From IMG/VR virus record IMGVR_UViG_3300045988_159113: DNA of 64,000 nucleotides; one strand, 5' to 3'. This DNA comes from a virus. The notes below the pieces were generated by a model. It saw only the letters and a program-made list of their open reading frames with translations. It made no database searches and was not told the DNA's origin. This document shows, one piece after another, positions 1 through 10,800 of this stretch (position 1 is the first letter of the stretch; every line of letters begins with the position of its first letter). Position numbers and translations under genes: made by a program.

Positions 1-2599
1 GATAGTACTTTTTATCATACGTTACAACGTCTATATACTTCAAACCTGTAGTATTCCAGCCGTCTCCCGTATATTCCCATTCCTTTTTCGCTTCATTCCA
101 CGTTTCGACTCCGTTATACTGTGATTGATAGCAATATCTCTTGGTAGCATTCCATTCACCTAAAAAACGGATCTGTGAACCAGGCAGACCAGGGCTTCCA
201 TTATTGCCGTCTTTTCCAGGTTTACCATCGTCTCCTTTATCACCTTTCTAGCCAGGCAAGATAGCCGTAATTGTTTTAGTAGCAACAAGTGTAGACTTAC
301 CATTTACCAAACAATAAACGGAAAGATTAAAGCCTTTATTTATAAGAGAAACAGCACCATCTGGTCCGGTTGCTATATTCTGGCTACCGAAGACATTATA
401 TTTATTCTTGTAAATATCATAGGTATACGTTAACTTATTTTCAGATATATTAAGAGTACCATTTTCAGAAGTTGTTGAATAGTCCTTGAAATCCGTGCTG
501 CATTTAATTTCTGAACCATACGAATAATAGCCAAAATAAAAATCATAGTCGTGATTGTCAAGATTGGCGTATCCTGTCAGCGTTCTGTTAGGTGATGCTC
601 CTTTTAACTACGTCACTTTTCCTGCGTAGATTTTAGTGAGTGAAATTTGCAGAGGTTCCTAAGTTGACAACATACGGCCTAGACTATCAACAGGGAAAGA
701 GTCATAGTTTAAATTAAGGACATACTGCGAGCCGTCTTTTGGGTTTACATACATTCCAACGTTTCCGTAGTCGTGAATCTGTCCTTCTATCCAAAGGCAA
801 AACTAAAGGCTATAATTAGTAAACTTAGACTCGTCAATATCAAACGTAAGCGTGAGCTCCTTATTGCTATTCCCAAGTGCAAGCTTCATATTCTATATGC
901 CAGAACCTACAATAGCGTTGGATGTGATAGCATCCAAGAACTAAACATGAACGCCAGAACTCAAACCTATCGTCATGCCCTTGCCATAAATTATATCATT
1001 AGTAAAGGCTACCTGTTCAATCTTACCGTTGATATTTTTATTTACGTAGAACTTCACAGAATACGTGCTGGTCTCGTTCTCGTCATTCTTATCAATACCT
1101 AGGGCTGTTGCAGAACAAAGCAAATCATAAGTCTCACCGTTTACACTCTTGACACTTGTGATAGTTTGCTAAACATTCCCGCTATACTCTTTGCCATCCA
1201 TCTAGAAAGATACCGAAACATTAACGACATCATCACTGATGAGTTCCTGAAATCTATATCCGATAATCTTATAGTTGCCATTTTTAGCATCTGCAAAGGG
1301 CATATCATCATGGTCTTCAACAATAGCCAATAGGCTGGAATCATTAGTGCATGCAATATTTGTAATACGTACATCTGTAACATCACCCTTGCCTCGTACG
1401 TCTGGATAGGTTGCAGTACGCATCTTGATGTTGTTTTTAATGACTTCATCTTTTCCTGTTCCAAACCACATCTCCGGCATTGTTATGTATTCATTCGTAA
1501 GGCTTATGTCGTACTGATTGAATCCAGGACCTACAACAGCTGATTCGCGGACAATACGGATTTCCTGAGACTTCACGTCGATATTGTTATCTGATACTAC
1601 AACGCGGATAACTTCGCCAGTCTTGAAATATTTTTCATTGTATGCTACGTCATTATATACTGCCTGCAGTGTATAATTAGCACCACCCAGTGTTATTTCA
1701 CTCTGAGGCCCGAATTTATAGAGTCCTTTATCACTTCCCTATTCTGTAAGCGTTATAGGTGATTTAACGTACTTATCATTTTCTATGTGAGAATAGTAAG
1801 CTCTAACCCTTGCAGTTGCTGGTATGTCATGCTTCTCGTCATTATACGGATCAATAGCATCAACATCTATAAACAACTCAGGTATTACTCCACTCGATGG
1901 AATGTATAGACTCTCGGGTGATATTTGTATCATATAGGCAAGGCTTGACTTACTCGACTATATGCTCATCGGTAATAATCCACTCGTCGATTCGTAGCTG
2001 TACGTTATTGTAAGTGCAGCATCAACGACTGTGTGCATACCCGCGCCTGCGTTGAACTCTAAAAAGGCAATATAGCAACCTCTCGCAACATCGTAGCCAT
2101 ACGTTAACTTGTAAGTGTTGCCGTCTTGTAATAGTTGCAACTGGAAAGCATCGCCTGGGTCTTGTTCTAACTGTTTCCCTTTATAGATAACAGAGATAGA
2201 TGTTCTTGTCGCGCGCTTCAATACATCATTATCACATTCCCCGTTTGCATTTGTCGGAACAGAGAAAAAGTTATTCGAGGCGTAGACCTAAGTGGCTAAC
2301 TATACAGGAACATCTGAACCACCGCCGCTTTCTGTAATCTTCTGAGTCCAACCCATAGAGAAGTCGCCATTCTTGTACCACCAGTACTCCTTAGGACATC
2401 CTGCTTCTTTTTCGACCGCAATAGTCAAACCCGCTGGAATCTATGACTCTGCAATGCCCAACTCCTTTGTGATCTCATTGACAATAGTGCCATTGGTGAA
2501 TGCTTCATAACTCCAAGGGCCATAGAAAGAGTTCACATTTGGACGCAGAACACCGTCTGCCATAGACATAAACCCATAGTCAAATTGTTTTGATTTCAT
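1..2599 (-). CDS. Tail-fibre-like protein with a collagen-like Gly-X-Y tract. It starts at 2599 and runs off the left edge.
   Basis: ATG at 2599. Track ORFs 1958-2221, 1739-1933, 1202-1576 and 941-1123 share one frame and are separated only by TAG (13 counted). GQKGDKGDDGKPGKDGNNGSPGLPG is encoded near 170-250, with a TAG inside the Gly-X-Y register. Confidence 0.75.
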
Positions 2600-2601
2600 A
2601 G

Positions 2602-3753
2602 TTATGATTTTTTGAAAGTGAAAATATAGTGATTGTTCATGTATGGGATTGATGTTTTGAAATAGATATCTCTAATGTGTCCGGCATTTTTATCAACACC
2701 TTCTACGAACAGATTTTTCACAGACTGCCCTAAGATATCAATAACTTCAAACAAGGTATAGCCAGATGGTACTTTTATACCAAATGAGCGCTTTTTTGTA
2801 GTATCTACGATAATCTGGACACTATCACGTGTTGCGGGGATTAGTTCAGCGTTATCGTAATCGTTGTCATTTACCAGCTTCTTCTGCTCTTCTAATATGA
2901 CAAGCTTGAAATTCTTTTCTGCTGGTGCAATAAAGCCAGCCTACTGAACAGCAATCATAGTCGTTTTATCTGAGTTATATTGCCAGAATTTCACATATAC
3001 AGTTTTTGCTGCGTCTGTATTAGATGATACCTTTAATTTAAAAGATGCCTCTGTCTTGTTCATGATTTCCCAACCTTCCGGTAAGGTGCTAGATAAACTA
3101 AAGCCTACAGCTTGCCCGTTCTTATCCAGACTGTCAACGGTAAAACTCAACACCCCACCCTCTGCCGGGATATTCGCAATGTCTGGCGTAATAGTAAAAC
3201 GTGAAAGGTCAGTATCTGACATATATGGATCTGTACCCTCGATAAGGTTTCCGTCCTCATCGTATTTAAACGGATTAGTAGGCATAGATTCCGAACTATT
3301 CACATTGTGTATATAATAGTAAGGGTGACGATACTATGGCCTAGTGTATGCGTTCCTGCTGATAGTAGGGAATATGTCAGCCGTCAACCTTGTAGCGCCA
3401 TATTCAACATAACGCCCGGCTTCGTCACACCTATTGTTCTTGTCTGTTTTGAAAATACAGGTGCAATTCAAAATGTGTAGGTAATCATCAGGAAGATTTA
3501 CCTGATAAGTTCCACGTCTGAATGGGCTATTCCCGTATTTATCGCACTTTTCAGGCTTTAATATAGCCGTACTTTTCAACACTCGCAAGTCGTCCGAGGT
3601 CTGCTGATCCATCTCGTACGGTGTGTAGCGCTTGTTGATGTACTACTATATACCCTTATTGCTTAGATAGTTAAAATCTGACAGCAGCAACGTCCCTGCG
3701 TTAACCTTATTGAGCTCTGTCAGCACATGCTCGTACAATTGCTTCGATGTCAT
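2602..3753 (-). CDS. Virion-module protein of unknown function (383 aa with TAG read as sense)
   Basis: ATG at 3753, TAA at 2602. ORFs 3334-3612 and 2941-3303 are in frame. There are 4 in-frame TAGs, including a tandem TAG-TAG. The length is divisible by 3. Confidence 0.7.
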
Positions 3754-3770
3754 TTTTCTCTCTTTAAACA

Positions 3771-3809
3771 AAAAGCCACATACACTATTCGAAAGTATAT
3801 GTGGCTTTT
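3771..3809 (-). terminator. Intrinsic terminator after gene 3819-4673
   Basis: On the minus strand, AAAAGCCACATA...TATGTGGCTTTTT is followed by a T-run. Confidence 0.55.
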
Positions 3810-3818
3810 CAAAATTGA

Positions 3819-4673
3819 TTACTCGTTTTTGTATATTTCAGGATATGTATCCTTTCGAATTAGCTCCAAAATCGCCTTGTTAGCAGGTACCTTCATCCAG
3901 TTCAGGACAGCATCATCAGTAGCTCCAAGAACAATGTTATCGCCGTAGGTGTACAGCTTGTTCTTATAAATGATGACATTCTTATCCTTTGCCTCAATAA
4001 ACAACAAACGAAGTGAAATGTCGTCTCCTGTGTAGATCTCGATGATCTTCTCGGGATTCTTCCTCGCCTGTTCAAGCAGGAATTCCGTAACGTCTGCGTC
4101 CGGGAAGTTCTGCATGTTCTTACCAAGAAGGCGAGCCTTCAAAACTCGACCATCATAACCGCGCTCATCCTCATAAATAAAGTTAAGAGCATCGCGCAAA
4201 GTGGACATCTTGCGAACCTTGTTTGCGGCTTCAAGACCTGGACGATCAACATAAAGCTCAGCGGTACCATAACGGGGACGCTTGTTCTGCCAACCCATAG
4301 TGCCATCGATGAGATAGTTGCCGTTCTGATCCTTAGCCCAACGCTCGGGTGCAATCATGGGGTTATACTGTATAGCTTCCCACGTCGCCTTGTCCCTGGG
4401 CTTGTTAAGGTCGAAAGTCTGGCCGTCAGTAATGGTAAAGACCGCATTCTCCTTAATATAAATATTGCCACTGTTCTTTTCCTTGTCTGTAAGAATCATA
4501 TCGCCCTTTGAGTCAACAGGCTTGACGCAATCAGGATATTCACCAGTTGCGGGATTCTTACAAGGATTCATAAAGTACTTGCCAACCTTGCCGTATACAC
4601 TTCTCAAAACGACAATGTTTGCCATAATGTCGCCATTTTTAACAGAAGCGACAGCAGATTCTTTTTTAGCCAT
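3819..4673 (-). CDS. Late protein of 284 aa, unknown function, TAG-free
   Basis: Intact track ORF (MAKKESAV...), TAA stop, flanked by hairpins. It lies immediately downstream of the capsid gene. Confidence 0.8.
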   Translation of the reverse strand: MAKKESAVASVKNGDIMANIVVLRSVYGKVGKYFMNPCKNPATGEYPDCVKPVDSKGDMILTDKEKNSGNIYIKENAVFTITDGQTFDLNKPRDKATWEAIQYNPMIAPERWAKDQNGNYLIDGTMGWQNKRPRYGTAELYVDRPGLEAANKVRKMSTLRDALNFIYEDERGYDGRVLKARLLGKNMQNFPDADVTEFLLEQARKNPEKIIEIYTGDDISLRLLFIEAKDKNVIIYKNKLYTYGDNIVLGATDDAVLNWMKVPANKAILELIRKDTYPEIYKNE

Positions 4674-4698
4674 AATTCATTTTTTCATTTTAAAAGTA

Positions 4699-4726
4699 GC
4701 CACGCCGGGGACTACCCCCGGCTGGC
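4699..4726 (-). other. GC-rich hairpin in the leader of 3819-4673, downstream of the capsid gene end
   Basis: Minus-strand sequence GCCAGCCGGGG-gtagt-CCCCGGCGTGGC followed by TTTT. Confidence 0.4.
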
Positions 4727-4812
4727 CTATCTATGTAATGGTATAATAATCTTGAAAATCAAAAACAATAATAGTATTTATTTATTTGTTTTTGCGATAC
4801 ATTAGAGCTCTC

Positions 4813-7800
4813 TCAAGATAAAGCTGCGATCAATTTGTTATATTGCATCTTTTTATATGCACCTCTATAGCTCACACTATAGTTCAGACTATATCATCAC
4901 TTTCGTGTCGGGCACTCGTGTTTGGATTATTGCTCGCGTTGCTCACCAATTAGTCGTTAGCCTTTATCTGTACATTTAACGCTTCCAGATATTAGGACGG
5001 GATTTTCCACTTTCGGACCTTCCCCGTTTCCACCCGATTTTCTCATTATAAAAATGAGCCTCAAATTTTCTTGATTATATAACGTTTTTTATACATATAT
5101 CCATCTTGATAAGCTTTGCGCATTGAGTTTGCATTTATATTTAGGTTTGGATTTTGTTTTGCAAAATCATTTATAGGCATGATATATTTTTTATTTGTCT
5201 CTGTATCTATTATTAAGCGTGCTATTTTTCTTAAATTAGAAATTTTAGATCTTGTTGCATCGCTTACTATTTTATTTTTATGATACAAACCTATTTTGAT
5301 TTTTGTTTCCTCGCTTACATAATGCCCACGTAATTTTTGGCTCAGAATATTCTTCGTTTCTTCCGTGTGATGTTTTCCAAACATTCCGTTTTCAACTCCA
5401 AATCTTTTGCGTTTGGAAATCCATTCTTTATTTTGTTTGGTTCCAGAACAGTCTGGAGTATAACCAAAATATCTGTTTATACAAAAATCATCAAATTCGC
5501 AAATCTTCAAAAGATGAACTTCATAATCATTAGCATCTTTTCTAGTTCTAAATGTTTTAATTATGATCTTTTGTAATTTATATCTATTTGTTTCTATATA
5601 TGATTTTGTCCAAATAGAACTAGAGCCCATATATGAGTCATTGCAAATATCACATTTGCAACTACGTACCCCGATATAATATCTGTTAGTTTCGGTATTA
5701 TATATCATATATGTATAATGATTCATAAATTGCTATATATATATATTTAAGGATTAAACACAGCTACGCCAGAGTATCCCCATGCGATAAGCTTGCTAGC
5801 GGCTACGGGGCTGCTTACTGCGCCGCCCTGGAGACCAGTCTTGCCGCCTACGCCCAGGATTTCGTTCTGGATGTACAAAAATGTTAATCTTACTGTTATC
5901 AGTAAGTTCAGACTATATCTTTGATATTATTCAATATATTTAAACACAAAACCCTTTGCCATATCAACTTTTCCACTTAGGCATCTGCCAACATTTGTGA
6001 ATTCTTTTCGGCATGATTTTACACTTTCAAAAACTTTTACAAGTTCTCCTTCTTTCGTATATTGCCCAACTTTACGTTTTGCTCCTTTCCCAACTCTAGA
6101 TGTTATATCATGCATTTTTAGTGGGTTTTCAAAATTCCATTGAAAATTACGTATGCATAATCCAGAAGATGCAACTTTGTGTAATCTTAAAGGCGTTAAG
6201 GAAAATCTTTCACAAAAGTTTTCAATACAATCACTATCAATAAAATTGCCATTCAAATCATATCGAAACACAATTCGTTGTAAATCAACATGCAAGCTGA
6301 TGCGTTCGTTGTATGAATAGTAGAATTTGTTGATTGCCGTCTGTTTATAGATGGCGTTTTTGATTTGTTCAGAAGAAACGTCGGCATCTAGTGCTGCTTG
6401 ACTTAAACTACTAAATACATTAATCAAATTGCAATATCTATCAAATTTATAAACCGTTTTGCAAAATGTAGTTATTTTAAAGTCTGCCAAATTTATTTCC
6501 GGATCTGTTGACCATAAAAAATTCAAATAGCTTGTCTTTGTTTTATATGCACTTATTAATGCAGAACTAGTATTTGCACCTACAGATTCTGATGCAATTT
6601 TCACTGATTTGTATTTTGCAATAAATTCGCCATTTAAATCAAACTGGTATATTGGTATCTCAAATTTTAAACTATGGATTCCGCCAGTTGTTTGATTATA
6701 CGTGTCATTTCTATTGATAAACTTATTATCAACAAGGAGTTGCTCAACAAGCAATGCCTCTTCTTCTGTATCGTATATTCCAATAGTGTATCTTTTAAAT
6801 TTACCAAATCCGTACTTTTTTATTGCATTACCGAAATTTGTTTTTGGTTTTCTATAAGTTGATGGCATATTGCTATATATGCCATTACCATAATAATAAT
6901 CAAATATATTTGGATTTGTTTTGTGTACTCCAATATATATTTTGTTGTTTTGTGTGTTTACTGTTAAATAAACAATAAATTTTTTAATATCATTTTCCAT
7001 TTTGATTTTCTGATAAAAATCTATGCTTTTAAAAGCTAGTCGTTGAACGTTATTCATAGGCTTCATATCGCTTGCCTTTTTAGAATATTCGCTGCTGATT
7101 GTCTAAAATTGTATATTTTCAAGCATTCGCATTTATCATTTCTGATTATGCTGTAGCTATACAATTATAAAGAGTTCCCAGCAATTAAGAAAATTAGGAG
7201 ACTATCCGTCAATCTCCGCCCTTCAGTGTGAACATCGCAATAGGAGGCTGTGTGCTGCTCTTGTCTGCTGTCAAATCAAGACAGAGAGCATAGCCTTTCT
7301 CATCATTTGTGTTAGCTATATATCACTATATAGATCAGACTATATCTTGACCTTGTCAAAGGTCGTTCCCATTTCGATTTCTCTAAGTTTTTCACTAGTC
7401 GTTAGACATTACCGCATAATTACGCAGTAATAGCTCCAGATTGTCTTTTTAGACTTTCCTGGATTTAAGGAACAGATCAATGCAGCTCACGCTGCAAGGG
7501 GTCTAAGAATTAAACCATATTCACGGCTGAAGGTACGATCAACAGCAAATGTGATGCTGTTGCCACCAAACTCATACGTATCGAAAGTTGCTCCCACCTT
7601 CACGTAGTCATTGGCCTGCTTAGACCAAAGAAAAGTGTTATCAGCGTGGAAGTGAGCCAAGAAGTCAAACAACTCGGCCTGGACTGAATGCCAGAATCTT
7701 TCGTTACCAAATCAAAACTGATTCAGACTATATCATTGACTTATAAAAAGCCAGGCTCCGTTTCCATTTGTACCCTATATTAGGTAGTCGTTGAATATCA

Positions 7801-10800
7801 GCGCATATTTACGCGCTGTTTACTGCTGATTAGTCGAAACTTTCCAGCAATTAGAAGCCTTTAATCGAGGAGCTTTCACTCCAAGTATCCCTAACTTGAG
7901 ATAAATACGTATTTGTTACCTGTAGGTTTCTGCGCCTTCTCTCCCATCATAGACAGAACAGTACGGAATACCTCCATACTGAGCTTGTTGTATGCATACT
8001 TGGAAGCGAAGCGCTCAACCTGAGGAATAATCAAAAATATTATCACATGCCGTTTATGCATGCCTCTCACACTTCTTATTTGTGTAAGTTTAGACTATAT
8101 CTTCATCCTTCGCGGATGGGTGCTGTTCGTGGGTTTCCCTAGTCGTTACACTTATCGCTCGGTATTCTCATCTCAGAGTTCACCGATTTAAGCACCTTTT
8201 CATTAATTTATCACTAAATTACGGGGCATTACTCTACCCTCACCTATATAAATCAAACTGTTATCTCTACGTCTCCATAGAGTTCAGACTATACCTTTAA
8301 CTCATTTTCTTATACTTCAAAATATACGGATCATTTACCATTGGTTTTCTCAATATGCGTATCTGTTCCTCTGTTAATTCTTTCGTGGAACTATACAACT
8401 TGACGAGATTTCCTTTTAGGTCATACTGCTCAACTTTCCGAGCAACCGGCGCGTTTGTTGCGATCCATTTATCCATTTTATCATAAGACCATTTATAGCC
8501 TCTGCATGCGCGGTTCATCTTTATCGCGCGAATGATCTTTCCTGTGCTGATGTTTGGCGTTCCCTTAGCTGCTTCTTTAATAGAATCAAAAGCTGCATCA
8601 AACTCACCTTTCAATGTGTACCGGTAAACAGGCACTGTAGTTGTCAATTCTATCGCTGACTTTTTACCAAGCACCTTTCGTATATCCTCAGATACACGCA
8701 TGAATCGGTATCCGCTACATGTTGAACGCATTGATACAGCACGAGCTATAGCATCTTTTGGTATATCAAGCTGAGCAGCAGCAGATGGGATATCACGGTA
8801 TGTATTGATAAGTATGCCATCCCTGTTGTACTGTGCAATAGCACCACGTGGCATGTTGGAATAAAGATCAACATCTATAGACTCATCAAAAGAGAGATAG
8901 ACATCTTTACAGTTTGTGCGTGTATTGATGCATATGATCACGTGTTCTTTCGATACATGCAAATCATCAGCTGCTTCATCAACGCTATCCCACTTTCCGA
9001 CATGACCACCAGAGAACGTGAACGCGTTGACTCTTTGTCTACTGCAAATGCTGGGAGATGCAATCGAGTTGTAGTTGTCGGTTCTCTTTATAAAATCCTC
9101 GTTGACAATCAACATATAGAAATCAGTTGCATCATTGATATTGTTAAATTCTTTTAACGTTATCCTCTTGAAAGCATTGATTCCATGACGCTGCACCGCA
9201 CTCTGAAGTTGTGTCTTGCTCTTGTTGTATGATTCCGGTAGATGTATATCTACACCATCGCCAAGATAACCATCAAACACTTCTGGATCATTCACCTTGT
9301 GAATACCTACGTAAATCTTGCCATTATCAAGATTAATTGTTTCAAATACTATAAATTTCATGAGTTATTCCCCGTTTCCGCTTTCGCGTATTATAAAATT
9401 ATCAGTCGTTGAACTAATACAAATCTTTACTTGTATTTAGCTGCTGGTTGTCCGTTAGAGTTTCCAGCAATTAAAGGAATCTATTTTTACTAATCTCGCA
9501 ATTAGCCGACCCATTTATATATAGGTCTGTTTGTGTCGGGATCGAAAATGGTAGGCTTACCATTGGCCACAATAAAAGTAGACTATATCATTAGTTTTCA
9601 CTATTTCCCGTTTCCGTCAAACTTATCCTGTACTAGGTAGTCGTTGAACGAATCAAAAGAAAACTTTTGATTTCGCTGCTGATTAGCTTGCCGCTTTCCA
9701 GCAATTAGAGAAATTTTTCGTGGACGTCAATCCATCCACGTTGCACTTGTTAAAGAGAAGCAATAATTCAATATGTTGCCATATTGTTTAGACTATATTT
9801 TGAGATCTTGATATCTCTGCGCTCTTTCACTACTTACTCTAAAAATAGATAGTCGTTGAACGTATCGCGATATATTTCGCGATTTCGCTGCTGATTGTCC
9901 TTTTAGGATTTTCCAGCAATTAAGCGCATTTTATAATGGCATCTCCTTCTTTTTAAAAAAAACTTCACGTCGATTCCATTATTTCTGACATACATGAAAG
10001 ACTCCATAAGGGCCTTCTCCTTCTTGTCTAATCTGTAAATTGTTTCTGACAACTTTCCGTTATCCTTACCCTGTCCGATAGAAATGAAAGTATCCTCATG
10101 TGCAGCATAGAGGCTAGAGAACGAATCATCACAACGGTGTGTGGTGATGTAGTTCCGCATCTTGCTGATATTCAATGTGTTAGCTTATAGTTTCCTATAA
10201 GATCAGACTATATCATTAGGTCATGAACCTAGTTTCCGTTTCTAAAAATACGGCTATTGCCTAGTCGTTGAACCAAATTTCGCACTTGCTAAATTTTGGC
10301 TGCTGATTATCCTTTTGGATTTCCCAGCAATTAGAAAACTTTTTTCTTTAGAAATGTCTAAAGGAGCAATATCTCACTCTGATACTTTACATACAATTTT
10401 GTTAATCAATATGTTTCCATATTGTTCAGATTATATCTTGGTTTTTCAAACCTATTCCGTTTTAAAAATTACGTCATATTGACTAATCGTTGAACATTAC
10501 GCGATAATTATCGCGTATTTGCTGCTGATTACCATTTTAAGGCTTCCAGCAATTAGAAATATTTTAAGAGGGCATATGTTGCATTTTCCCTCTTCATGCA
10601 TTTCGGGCATTGCATTGCTCAAGAACCTGGTAGTCATACCAAGCTGGCAACCTGACTTGTCGAGAACCGAACTGTAGTCGTTATCGACCAAGCGAACGAT
10701 CACCTTCCAGTAGTTATCACTAACGCGAACAGGACGTGCTACAACGAAGCACTGCTGACCTGTAGCGTCAATCTGGAAGATATCATACTTTTCATAGTAG

